In this document: one piece after another, positions 46,872 through 56,267 of the stretch | Layout of the letters: every line of letters starts with the position of its first letter | Numbering within the stretch: the stretch's first letter is position 1 | Virus record (IMG/VR): IMGVR_UViG_3300025362_000005 | Coordinates: 1 to 64,000 of that record | Strand: one strand, 5' to 3' | Source: a virus | DNA: 64,000 bases | Position numbers and translations under genes: made by a program | The notes under the pieces: generated by a model | Database searches by the model: none | What the model was told of the DNA's origin: nothing | The model's input: only the letters and a program-made list of their open reading frames with translations

Positions 46872-47050
46872 AATTCTCTCCCACACATAGGACAATAATT
46901 AATAGCAACTTTTACTTGTATGCTCCTATTAGAATTCAATAACAACAAAGTAGAATCTAAGGTTATATTATAGCCACAGATATTTTCAAAGCTACTTAAT
47001 ATATCTTTATCTGCTACTGTTATTTCTGTACTATTACAATATTTACACAT
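46868..47050 (-). CDS. small zinc-ribbon protein
   Basis: MCKYC...INYCPMCGREL. Confidence 0.65.
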   Translation of the reverse strand: MCKYCNSTEITVADKDILSSFENICGYNITLDSTLLLLNSNRSIQVKVAINYCPMCGREL

Positions 47051-47052
47051 AA

Positions 47053-47283
47053 TTATATCCTTTTTAAGTTGTTAAAATCTCTGATATTACCCTTACACCA
47101 TTTTTCAGCAACACGCTCAATACTAGCTCTAATTATAGTTGACTTGCTCTCGTTGCCTATGTCAACTGCACCGCTAAGATATATATGGTTTAATTCTTCA
47201 ATAATTTCATCACCTATATTTTTTAATCGTGCTGTATAAATTTTCTGATCTTCTTCACAAATTCTGTCTGTAAATTTTGTCAT
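47053..47283 (-). CDS. hypothetical early protein
   Basis: ORF with GAGGAG RBS. Confidence 0.55.
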   Translation of the reverse strand: MTKFTDRICEEDQKIYTARLKNIGDEIIEELNHIYLSGAVDIGNESKSTIIRASIERVAEKWCKGNIRDFNNLKRI

Positions 47284-47462
47284 GATAAACTCCTCTGTTA
47301 ATTTAATTAAAATATCCGTATAGTTACACTGTGCTAAGTTATTAACACAGTGTATTAATATAGTTATTCAAACGGTAAATTAGGGCATGATAGCACCTCC
47401 TATTTAAATCACTTTGCAATCTATTTAGCATCATGTATTCAAATTTCTGCATAATATACCCC

Positions 47463-47897
47463 TTAATTATCGTAACTTAATACAATTGCTTTGGCTTCTC
47501 TCAATGCACTAAGCATCAACGGGTTTTTATTTACTTCTTCAATACTTATTCCCAAGCTATCAAGCGTGTCTGTCAAGTCATAAGTAACACAAAATTCGTG
47601 ATTAGCTAATTCGTATGTGAACATATCCAACATATAACCTGTTCCAGTTTTATCATTTTCAATAGCTTGTGATTTTTCAGTGTGAAAACGTTCAAAAGTA
47701 TCATGTATTACTTTGCTGTCGGTTTTTAAATAGAAACTTCCTGCAATACCACGTACCAATTTATCTTTGCAGTTTTCTGTTGTTAAATTCATTTCAGCAA
47801 GTGCTTTTTTGAATTGGTCATTATTAAAAGCGAAGTGCATTGGTAGGGCGTTCATTTCTTTTTCTTGTCTGTTTCTTAATTCACTGTATTTATTCAT
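47463..47897 (-). CDS. conserved hypothetical early protein
   Basis: FAF..DQF...M......G.F...MF.YELANHE. Confidence 0.7.
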   Translation of the reverse strand: MNKYSELRNRQEKEMNALPMHFAFNNDQFKKALAEMNLTTENCKDKLVRGIAGSFYLKTDSKVIHDTFERFHTEKSQAIENDKTGTGYMLDMFTYELANHEFCVTYDLTDTLDSLGISIEEVNKNPLMLSALREAKAIVLSYDN

Positions 47898-47927
47898 TTG
47901 TTACTCCCTTAAATTTGTTTATACTCT

Positions 47928-47955
47928 ATTATAACATACTGACAACTGGTGTCAA
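47928..47955 (-). promoter_or_regulatory. sigma70 consensus promoter
   Basis: TTGACA-16-TATAAT with TG extension. Confidence 0.8.
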
Positions 47956-47960
47956 GCTTT

Positions 47961-48299
47961 TTATTCTCCAATATGCCATATCCTATAACTATCTTCATAA
48001 TCGTGTAATTCAAGAGCTAAATTATAGTCAGTATAGTGTACACCATGTAAGTCATTTTCAGCATAATCTGGTAGATTCACCCAACTACTATTAGTCATTA
48101 TAAAATCACCTAAATAATATATGCTATGACTAGTTTTTATAAACTTACCACATATTAATTCTGTGTCATCATCATCATAATCATAATTAGCAAACTCCTG
48201 TTGATAAATTTGCTCTGATTTTGTTAAGTCATCCCATGTATAAAACTCAACAAATTTCCCGTTGCTAGTAGCTGATAAGTTATTAATATTTTTCTTCAT
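47961..48299 (-). CDS. hypothetical early protein
   Basis: ORF. Confidence 0.55.
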   Translation of the reverse strand: MKKNINNLSATSNGKFVEFYTWDDLTKSEQIYQQEFANYDYDDDDTELICGKFIKTSHSIYYLGDFIMTNSSWVNLPDYAENDLHGVHYTDYNLALELHDYEDSYRIWHIGE

Positions 48300-48651
48300 T
48301 TTCTGTGTCCTCTATATAATTCATCCATAATAAAGCTTGTAATGCTGTTTTATCACTAAGCATAACGGCCTTTCCAGCACTATCATCTTCATTCATAGCG
48401 CGTGAAGCTTCCCAAAAATCAATATATATTGACTTGTTATCATCGTTATTTAATCCACTTTCAATAAGTTTATTACGGTATAAGTTACCAAGATAATCAG
48501 CAATGGCATATTTACTATGAGTAAACTCTAGCCATTCAATTTCCCATGCTGTTAATTCATAATGACAATAACCACTTTCAAATTGTAAGTTATACATTTT
48601 TTCATCATCATGAAACATTTCTAATACTTCTTTACTTGTGTAAATTCTCAT
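48283..48651 (-). CDS. hypothetical early protein
   Basis: ORF with RBS. Confidence 0.55.
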   Translation of the reverse strand: MRIYTSKEVLEMFHDDEKMYNLQFESGYCHYELTAWEIEWLEFTHSKYAIADYLGNLYRNKLIESGLNNDDNKSIYIDFWEASRAMNEDDSAGKAVMLSDKTALQALLWMNYIEDTENEEKY

Positions 48652-48752
48652 TACATACTCCCTTTTAAATTTGTTTCTAAGCCATGAGGATTGCGTGTAA
48701 GCTCATAACTTTAGAAAGCTATAGAACTATACCACTAACTTGTTTAAATAGC

Positions 48753-48953
48753 TTACAGTTCGTTTATATAAAAATCTTCAGGTTTCTCATTCATAGTAAC
48801 GTTATCAGCCCACGTCAGAAAACAACAACAACTATTATTGGGAGTACACTTAATCATGTAACCTGCTTTTCCGAGTATTACTTGATAGTTGTCATTTTTC
48901 CAGTGTACAATCATACCTTTATTTACTGCATCTTTAATTTCTTGTAAGTTCAT
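48753..48953 (-). CDS. hypothetical early protein
   Basis: M.L.EIK.AV..G..V.W.N..Y.V pattern; own promoter. Confidence 0.6.
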   Translation of the reverse strand: MNLQEIKDAVNKGMIVHWKNDNYQVILGKAGYMIKCTPNNSCCCFLTWADNVTMNEKPEDFYINEL

Positions 48954-48979
48954 TTGTTACTCCTCTAAATGTTTAAGTA

Positions 48980-49008
48980 ATTATAACATAGCACTAGGTA
49001 CTAATCAA
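48980..49008 (-). promoter_or_regulatory. sigma70-like promoter
   Basis: TTGATT-17-TATAAT with TG extension. Confidence 0.7.
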
Positions 49009-49264
49009 GAATTATTTCAATATTTTTATGGATTTGTTTCCATGTTATATGAGACTGCCAGTAATCGCGTAATGATGAGATATGAATAATTACAAAATTA
49101 GGGAATCCGCGTTTACTCATGCACTCTATAGTTGATTGCATATGCTTTTGTATGTTTTCACGGCCATCTAATTGTAATATGTGACAACTACCGCATGGTG
49201 CAATATAAAAATGTTCTCCAGTTGTGTCTATTCTTTCATCTAATCCTACTGCGTAAGTTTTCAT
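49001..49264 (-). CDS. hypothetical early protein
   Basis: ORF with RBS. Confidence 0.5.
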   Translation of the reverse strand: MKTYAVGLDERIDTTGEHFYIAPCGSCHILQLDGRENIQKHMQSTIECMSKRGFPNFVIIHISSLRDYWQSHITWKQIHKNIEIILD

Positions 49265-49276
49265 TATTTACTCCTT

Positions 49277-49477
49277 TTATTTACATGCGTATGCTAGGAT
49301 TGACGCATCAACCCCACAAAAAACACTTATTGAACCATCTGCGTATTCGAAACTAGTTGTTTCGTTTTCATAATCTTGTTTATAAGCATCAGCAATTTCA
49401 GAAGTTTCAATCAGTAATTCCGTGAAACTCATTCTTTTTTGACTGTATGCCAGTGTTGTCTGTTCTGCTCTGTTCAT
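49277..49477 (-). CDS. hypothetical early protein
   Basis: ORF with RBS. Confidence 0.5.
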   Translation of the reverse strand: MNRAEQTTLAYSQKRMSFTELLIETSEIADAYKQDYENETTSFEYADGSISVFCGVDASILAYACK

Positions 49478-49891
49478 TTTATACGCTCCTTATTAGTGTA
49501 GTAATATTTATATGACCATTGTTGTAATCTTCTATTAAGTGTTGATGTTTTAAAGCAGTAATTATTTCATTAGGAGTCATAGCCATATTAAATAAGACAT
49601 AACATTCATTCAATTTCAATTGATCATTTGCAATTGCATACAAGTCATTAGCACTTTTATTTTCTTTCATTTTGTAACCCCTTTATATATCATATTCGCA
49701 AGTAAATACTAGTAATACATATTTGTGTATAACCTCTTTAGGAATATCAACACAATAACTTTGTTTTATATTTGATACTATGCAAGGTATTAAATATTCT
49801 TTTAGCCATATGTCTTTAATTTCACTTGTTACATCTAGAAATGCCTTTTTCATTTTCTCTATTGTTTCCATTGTAAACTCCTTATTAATTA

Positions 49892-49920
49892 AGTATATCA
49901 CAGTACTATGTACTATGCAA
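49892..49920 (-). promoter_or_regulatory. sigma70-like promoter
   Basis: TTGCAT-17-TATACT. Confidence 0.65.
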
Positions 49921-50350
49921 GCTTTAAATCTTTTTTAGTTTTAATCTTTTTATAACCATGCTTATTTTCTATGTCAATAAGTGTGCATTTACTATAAGTA
50001 TTTCTTTTACGTGTTCCAGTATATACCCAAGCTTTATGCTTAGAACTAAACCAAAAACCTAAAGTCTTTAAATAGTCTTTGTCATTATATGCATTGAAAC
50101 AGTAAACCCATGTTCCAATAATTTCTATAGTTATATCTAGCTTGATAATTTTAGAAAGTATAATCATGTAAGTGTCAGTAAATTCAGTAAAATGTTCATA
50201 AGAGTAGTTTTTTATAGCCGTTTCATATTGATTATTGAGTGTTTTAAAGTCTTCTGCATTCCCGCCAGTGTCGGGGTGCAGTTTTATGGATAGTGTTCTA
50301 TAAGTTTTTTTAATATCCTCTATAGTACGGCAATTGCTAAAATAATTCAT
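49913..50350 (-). CDS. J-domain protein
   Basis: YF..C.T....KK.YR.L...LHPD.GG....F..LN..YE, then IE.IG.W...LK..GF.FS.K..AW. Confidence 0.85.
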   Translation of the reverse strand: MNYFSNCRTIEDIKKTYRTLSIKLHPDTGGNAEDFKTLNNQYETAIKNYSYEHFTEFTDTYMIILSKIIKLDITIEIIGTWVYCFNAYNDKDYLKTLGFWFSSKHKAWVYTGTRKRNTYSKCTLIDIENKHGYKKIKTKKDLKLA

Positions 50351-50569
50351 AATAAACCCCTTAAATTGTTATAAGTAATTATTGTGTTACTTTATTAAAA
50401 ATGTATTGCTCATGTTCTGGTGTCAGTTTATAGCCATAATCCTGTAAGTTATCGCTACAAGTAGTTATAAAACTTAATCCAAAACACAATGCGGTATCTA
50501 TAGAATCGTCAATAATTATTTGCTCTTGTTTAGTCATAATAAACCCCTTAAATTGTTATAAGTAATTAT
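50347..50569. repeat. 36-bp direct repeat pair (-10 box + RBS + start)
   Basis: tcataataaaccccttaaattgttataagtaattat at 50347 and 50534. Confidence 0.9.
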
Positions 50570-50593
50570 AAACCCTAGTAGTTGGGTTGTCAA
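50565..50593 (-). promoter_or_regulatory. perfect sigma70 promoter
   Basis: TTGACA-17-TATAAT. Confidence 0.85.
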
Positions 50594-50663
50594 GTAAAAT
50601 GTACTGTATATAGTAAAATAAATAAAATAATGTAAGTAGTAAGTTTGTGCATATAAGTAAACC

Positions 50664-50862
50664 AGTAAGTTTTTATGTATTACTTACACTATGTAAGTAT
50701 GATAAGTAACAGAAATAAATAATAAGAAATAAGGCAATAAGTAAGTTTTTATGTATTACTTACACTATGTAAGTATGATAAGTAACAGAAATAAATAATA
50801 AGAAATAAGGCAATAAGTAAGTTTTTGCGTGTATAATGGTCAATAAGTAAGTTTTTGCGTGT
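50664..50862. repeat. 76-bp tandem duplication plus 30-bp-period repeat
   Basis: agtaagtttttatgtattac...ggcaata starts at 50664 and 50740; caataagtaagtttttgcgtgt at 50811 and 50841. Confidence 0.92.
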
Positions 50863-51005
50863 GCTTAAAATTATAAAGGTATACTATATAAGCAATAAGC
50901 TTTTGAGCGTGTAAGTTTTTGGGTAGCCTGCCAACCGTACGTAATAGCGTACGGTTGCTTAAAATTGCCCTTTTTGGGAGTATAGTCCTACTTTTAGCCT
51001 ATTTA

Positions 51006-51057
51006 TAGCACTATTCTGTCAATTATGTGTAATAGTTTTATTGACAGAATAGTGCTA
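51006..51057. repeat. perfect 18-bp inverted repeat
   Basis: tagcactattctgtcaat ... attgacagaatagtgcta; directly after the stop of 51063..51323. Confidence 0.85.
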
Positions 51058-51062
51058 GTTTT

Positions 51063-51323
51063 TTAATCTTCAATAAAATCTATAATATCCATATATGGAT
51101 AGAGTGCCAAAAGCATGCAATCATCATAGCAGAAATTATCCTGGTTATATAATATTGTTACTTCCTGCATTAAATGTAAATATTCGTAGTCTTGCATAAT
51201 AAAATTACTGTTGGTTACTGCTAAATAGTCAGCAGTAAAATTGTTGTCAATTCTTTGGTTATTCTCTGCTAAGCTTAAACTCACATAAGTAATCATGGGT
51301 TGTTGTGCTTCTTTTAATGTCAT
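51063..51323 (-). CDS. hypothetical early protein
   Basis: ORF with AAGGAG RBS. Confidence 0.5.
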   Translation of the reverse strand: MTLKEAQQPMITYVSLSLAENNQRIDNNFTADYLAVTNSNFIMQDYEYLHLMQEVTILYNQDNFCYDDCMLLALYPYMDIIDFIED

Positions 51324-51338
51324 AATAATACGCTCCTT

Positions 51339-51713
51339 CTAAAATGTTTTTATAATAAACTCAGTTATTTGCTGTTTATGTACCTCATTCAAACACAACC
51401 TATATTTATTTACAGGGCTATTACAGTATGTTCTATCCATACTTGTTATAAACCAATCAGAGAAGTATTCCACCGTGAATTGTGTTGATTCAGGAATCCC
51501 ACTATAGCGGTTAGGAAAGTGTTGTGCATGTACATCAACAATTACTTTTATACCTTTCCAAGTACTTTTAGGTAGTAGTTTTGTAAGTTTTGACTCAATA
51601 GCTTCTATTGCAGATTGAATACTCATGGAATCAATTGTTCTGACTCTAGATTTTTTTTGAATTAAAGCAAGTTTTTCATTAATTTCTTGTGAGTTTGTTT
51701 TATTAATCTTCAT
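51339..51713 (-). CDS. hypothetical early protein
   Basis: Q...RVRTI...AQ.FP..Y.G.PEST.F pattern; RBS supplied by the repeat. Confidence 0.65.
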   Translation of the reverse strand: MKINKTNSQEINEKLALIQKKSRVRTIDSMSIQSAIEAIESKLTKLLPKSTWKGIKVIVDVHAQHFPNRYSGIPESTQFTVEYFSDWFITSMDRTYCNSPVNKYRLCLNEVHKQQITEFIIKTF

Positions 51714-52330
51714 AATAATATGCTCCTTCTGGGAAAGTTTTTTAAAGCTATAATATAGCTGTACAACCCCACTATAGCGGTTATAATGGGGTAATATAGA
51801 TATACTATAATAACAACATTAGTTTTTTTAGTACTTTCATTGACGGCATGCCAAATGGATTCACATATAAGCGGGTTTTGTGTTGATGTATTATATCATT
51901 ATTAAGTGTGTTTCTAAAATATGTCGTAAAATCACTTCTATAGCCGTCAAGCTCAAGTGTGCTTTCAATAAATAGTATCTTATTCTCTTTATCGGGTGCA
52001 TAGATGTTCATTACTGTAATATGTAAGTTATACCCAGTTTTGTTATTATGGGACAATAAACTAAAGAATTGCCGTTGCTCAATCCCTGTATCGTTATTAG
52101 GGGTGAATAAGTCGTCAAACATCGCAAGTATTTTTTTCTGTTTTTCTGTACAGAATTCAGTAAAAACCTCTTTACTACTGTGGTATAATTTTAAGCTGTT
52201 TACACTGTACTCCACTTTTAATTTAACATTTTTCATAATAATATGCTCCTTCTGGGAAAGTTTTTAAAGCTATAATATAGCTGTACAACCCCACTATAGC
52301 GGTTATAATGGGGTAATATAGATATACTAT
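51709..52330. repeat. ~100-bp intergenic direct repeat, 2 copies (51709-51808, 52232-52330)
   Basis: Identical except for one T; each copy has a stop codon, hairpin, RBS and ATG. Confidence 0.95.
51805..52236 (-). CDS. hypothetical early protein
   Basis: ORF exactly bracketed by the two repeat copies. Confidence 0.65.
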   Translation of the reverse strand: MKNVKLKVEYSVNSLKLYHSSKEVFTEFCTEKQKKILAMFDDLFTPNNDTGIEQRQFFSLLSHNNKTGYNLHITVMNIYAPDKENKILFIESTLELDGYRSDFTTYFRNTLNNDIIHQHKTRLYVNPFGMPSMKVLKKLMLLL

Positions 52331-52734
52331 TTTATACACTTGTCAATTATCTGTTTCAGTTTATTACATGTTAGAGCACAAGTAGTGTCTTTAAATAAAG
52401 TTGTTGACATATCTTGATTGTTGTCTTTAATGTCAGAAACTACCCGTATAGTGTGGATTAATCGTGTACGGTCTTTTGAAACGTGTAGCCAGTATTCTAT
52501 GTATACTCTATCTCCATTATTTACGTAATCATAGTTGATAGAAATATCCACTCCATGCACTTTAGGAATATCATCATATGATAGCTTGGGAGTAATATGC
52601 ACTTCTCTATTCTCAGTATCATAATAAGAAGTAAAACACTCAACTAACTTAATGTACTTTGCTGATAATATCGTATACATAGTACCTTTACTGACTTTAT
52701 CCATACTAATATAATAAGTAATATTTTTTTCCAT
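52327..52734 (-). CDS. hypothetical early protein
   Basis: ORF with GGAG RBS. Confidence 0.6.
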   Translation of the reverse strand: MEKNITYYISMDKVSKGTMYTILSAKYIKLVECFTSYYDTENREVHITPKLSYDDIPKVHGVDISINYDYVNNGDRVYIEYWLHVSKDRTRLIHTIRVVSDIKDNNQDMSTTLFKDTTCALTCNKLKQIIDKCIK

Positions 52735-53080
52735 TTTTTCACTCCATTTGTTGAGGTAAACCTCAATTTGTATAAATGCTTATTAAGCATTTAGTTATCA
52801 CAAGTTTATAAAATTATACACCATAGTTGGTACTGATAATTTTATAAGCTGTTGCGTTATACCTCAAAATAGGGTTGCTAAATTGAGGTATACATCGATA
52901 TAGGTTATTTCTTGTTTAATCTATTCATTTTATAGCCTCAATTCTTTGCAATTCTACAAGCTCTTTTTTCCACTCAAGTAATAAATCATCTGCGTGGTAC
53001 CCCGGGTGCGCATTATTAATTGTCGTCGTCAATTCTGCAATACTTTTTTTCTTGTTATCGATTGCTCTTTTTATATCGTA

Positions 53081-53476
53081 CATATTATCACTCCATTAAT
53101 TGAAATATAGGCCGATTATACACCGGCCGTTATAGTTATAGTACTTCCCATGCTCCAGCGTTAAAATACTGAATGCTTGTCACTCCCAGATCGTACATGT
53201 AAAAATTAAGAGGCTGAAACGCGCGTTCGTTATTATAGTGACTACACAAGCCGTACAGATAGACGTGGCCATCGTCATCTAATAACCTGAATCTATATAT
53301 ACATTGTTTCCTCATTTTAGCAGTCAATTCTTTTAATTCAGTACCCGTTTTACTCGTTCGTAGAAAAGTAAAACCATTGAATTCGCCATTGCAGATTACA
53401 TCTTTCGTTATTATAAACATATTATCACTCCATTAATTGAAATATGGCCGATTATACACCGGCCGTTATAGTTATA
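53081..53476. repeat. ~60-bp intergenic direct repeat, 2 copies (53081-53140, 53418-53476)
   Basis: catattatcactccattaattgaaatat(a)ggccgattatacaccggccgttatagttata. Confidence 0.95.
53136..53420 (-). CDS. hypothetical early protein
   Basis: FRL.DDDG.VY..G....F.PL......G.T.IQY pattern; bracketed by the repeats. Confidence 0.65.
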   Translation of the reverse strand: MFIITKDVICNGEFNGFTFLRTSKTGTELKELTAKMRKQCIYRFRLLDDDGHVYLYGLCSHYNNERAFQPLNFYMYDLGVTSIQYFNAGAWEVL

Positions 53477-54143
53477 ACCAATTAACAGCATAGGAACTGT
53501 TTCTATGTAGAATTCTGTCAATTTCTGTATTGACATTTTCTATTGTTGATAGTGTGCAGCTATAGTGGTTATTTATAAAAATACTATAACCTTTTCCGAA
53601 TCGCGCAGAATCCTTGTAAATGTTTATCATGGTATCACTCCCTAAAATAAAATAAATATACTGTACAGTATATAGAGTAGTACACAAATGTATACTTGTG
53701 TACTACTCAATAAACTGGTTTATAAAATCCACTCCAATGATGCCATGCACGGCTGAAACCGCTGGCCTAGGCGGTGGATTCTGATGAACCCGCGAGCGAT
53801 ATACACGCTCGACTATGAACCGCACGGATAATTTAATATTTCCGTTACCCACCCTAAACTATCAAAAAACATTGACACTCGTCTATTAATTATAACATAC
53901 ATATGGTAAAAATAGGTAAAAAACTTTATTTATTTTACGATAGATATGTATAAAATTAGCCAGTAACAACAGTATTCTATTGTATTTTATTGTATACAAA
54001 ATATGGGAAATTGTATATATCAGTAGTTTATTGCATGGCGGGGTATACCGGGGTTACTCAGTGTATACAATGGTATACAAAATATGGGAAATTGTATATG
54101 ATGGTATACAATGGTATACAAACAGAACCGGGTTGATGCGTGT

Positions 54144-54207
54144 ACTAGTTGGGTAGTACACTAGTTGGGTAGTACACTAGTTGGGTAGTACACTAGTTGG
54201 GTAGTAC
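54144..54207. repeat. 4 x 16-bp perfect tandem repeat
   Basis: actagttgggtagtac x4. Confidence 0.95.
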
Positions 54208-54689
54208 AGTGGAACAGCCCCCCTACATAGACGTGAGTACACAACCACCCCCCTGTCCCTAGCCTAGCCCCCCCAAACTGTCTCCATATTATTGTTCTTT
54301 ACACCCCACTGTGGTATATATTTTTTTACACTTTTACCCATAAGGTTCATTAAACCCATAGCCACATAAACGCTGTCATTCGCACGTAAATAAACTTGTT
54401 ATACATTTATACTACTTTCAATACTTATTGCACTACACCGCGTTCTCATGCGTCTCACAGTAATATGGAATACCTGTACTCCTTGGGTTCTTTACGCTAC
54501 TATATAAATTTCCTCTACTACACGTAAAAGAAATAGATAACGTATTACCCCACTTTCAATACTTATTGCACTACACGTAATCCTCGTGTGTCTCATCAAG
54601 TTCTACAGCCTTATCTAACACTATATATTATCAATACTAGTATCTTGTAAAGAAGTTGGTAAAGAGGTAGTATAAGGCAGGAGGAAACA

Positions 54690-54926
54690 ATGACAGAAGC
54701 AAAAAACACGAGCACAGATTACAATGAATGGTATAGCAAGGTTGAGAGCATAAATGAAAAGTTTACCTGTGATAAATGCGGTAAAAAGTGGCGTATGGTG
54801 GAATTAAGCCGAGTAGCTATTAATTGGGCAACACCTGAGAATTGTGTAGACAGGGTGTATGAGTTATGTCCTAATTGTCAAAAAGCTGTATTTAATTTTA
54901 TAGAGGTAAATTATGAAAATAAATGA
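54690..54926 (+). CDS. zinc-ribbon hypothetical protein
   Basis: CDKCG...ELCPNC; AGGAGG RBS; first rightward gene. Confidence 0.65.
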   Translation: MTEAKNTSTDYNEWYSKVESINEKFTCDKCGKKWRMVELSRVAINWATPENCVDRVYELCPNCQKAVFNFIEVNYENK

Positions 54927-55191
54927 ATCAAACAAAGCTCCACAGCGATCACCATCATTGTTAGCAAACGAAGCCAAGTGGAAAACTATTTTTAAGAAAC
55001 ACATGGGGCATAGCTTAAGTGTAGACATACCACGAGTAGGTATTGACCCCTATCTTGATAACGGTACACTTATGTGCCTTACCTGTGATAAGGTGGGAAA
55101 TGCAGAGATTGTGGTTGATGAAGTAATAGAAAGCAGTATTGCTTTTAAAACCCTGCCTATATACAGGTACAGCTTATGGAATGTGGTTTAA
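54913..55191 (+). CDS. hypothetical protein
   Basis: ORF with GAGG RBS. Confidence 0.5.
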   Translation: MKINESNKAPQRSPSLLANEAKWKTIFKKHMGHSLSVDIPRVGIDPYLDNGTLMCLTCDKVGNAEIVVDEVIESSIAFKTLPIYRYSLWNVV

Positions 55192-55259
55192 TACCACTCA
55201 AATGAAAGCACTACGATCAGTGCTTGACACGATTATAGAAAATTCGGAAGGAGAAACAA

Positions 55260-55469
55260 ATGGCTAAAAGCACACAACCACGTATAGAAGTGGTTCAGCA
55301 CGAGGAATTCGTGGTAAAGATTGGAGAGGATAAATTAAGGTTAAGTCGAGATGAAGCACTAAAGCTTTATAACGAGCTACAAACCGTATTGGCAATAGAA
55401 ATAAAATGTGAAGAGGTAGAAATTACGCTAGACCCCGTTTGCCCTTGTATACCTTGGTATAGGCCATAA
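55260..55469 (+). CDS. hypothetical protein
   Basis: ORF with AAGGAG RBS. Confidence 0.55.
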   Translation: MAKSTQPRIEVVQHEEFVVKIGEDKLRLSRDEALKLYNELQTVLAIEIKCEEVEITLDPVCPCIPWYRP

Positions 55470-55604
55470 AACCCATATATAACTGTGTAAAAACAGGTGA
55501 CATCAAACAGCATTTAAACCACCTGTATTGCAGTTATTGTCGGGGTACAAGTGAGAAAAGTAGTGACACCCACTTTTATGGGTATTACTGTGTAAGGAGA
55601 AAGA

Positions 55605-55961
55605 ATGAATTTCAGAATAAAGCTACCAATATTTAATGTAGACTGTGAATTTTATATAGGGGTTGAAAACATACCCACGTATTATAAAGCACTTGTTAAA
55701 GAAGGATATAAAGGTACACAGCCTGAAAACGTTGATAGCAAGGGACTCGCATGGGGCAGTTATGTTTACTTGAAAGACATGACTGATGACAGCAATATAG
55801 CACATGAGCTCGTGCATTTAGTGACAAATATACTAGAGGACAGAGGAGTTGAGTGTGATGAAACTCGTGCATATATCACAGGATATATAACAGGAAAGTT
55901 TTATAAGAAAGCTAAAGAATTAAAAGAAAAGGAGAAGAACGATGCCTACGTACAGTTATAA
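55605..55961 (+). CDS. HExxH-motif hypothetical protein
   Basis: IAHELVH...E..AY..GY. Confidence 0.6.
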   Translation: MNFRIKLPIFNVDCEFYIGVENIPTYYKALVKEGYKGTQPENVDSKGLAWGSYVYLKDMTDDSNIAHELVHLVTNILEDRGVECDETRAYITGYITGKFYKKAKELKEKEKNDAYVQL

Positions 55962-56127
55962 ATGCCCAAATTGTGGCAAGATAATAGAAGAGTTTCACGC
56001 TATGAGTGACACCCCGGTTTTTGTTTGTGACACCTGTGGAAATAAATTTGTGAGAGTAGTCAGTGGAGGCACCGCTACACTCTATAAATCGAGTGGTTTT
56101 ACAAAATACAATGGACGAAGCAATTAA
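55942..56127 (+). CDS. FmdB-family zinc-ribbon protein
   Basis: MPTYSYKCPNCG...C..CG....RV.S......K.SGF. Confidence 0.85.
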   Translation: MPTYSYKCPNCGKIIEEFHAMSDTPVFVCDTCGNKFVRVVSGGTATLYKSSGFTKYNGRSN

Positions 56128-56267
56128 CAGGACATGAATAGGACAGCAAATCATGTATTTAGGCGTATAAAACAGCGTTAACAGGACATGAATAGGACAA
56201 TAAACAGAAATGAGACAGATGACTCATTAAGTGGGTTAGTGAGCATATATGGGGCAAAGGGGAAACA

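Noticed and set aside
1-53700. + strand ORFs in the leftward arm (e.g. 26889..27521, 43324..43806, 35970..36425, 23031..23324)
   Set aside because: They are antisense shadows of real genes or RNAs, with no RBS or recognisable motifs.
53748-53795. Hammerhead ribozyme (GAAAC ... CTGATGA on + strand)
   Set aside because: The cleavage triplet would be GUG rather than NUH, only 4 nt are available for stem I, and stem II has mismatches.
54144-54207. Mini-CRISPR array, and a 13-nt match (agtacactagttg) to the 5' end of the large ncRNA
   Set aside because: It is a perfect tandem with no spacers; a single 13-mer match in AT-rich DNA could be chance.
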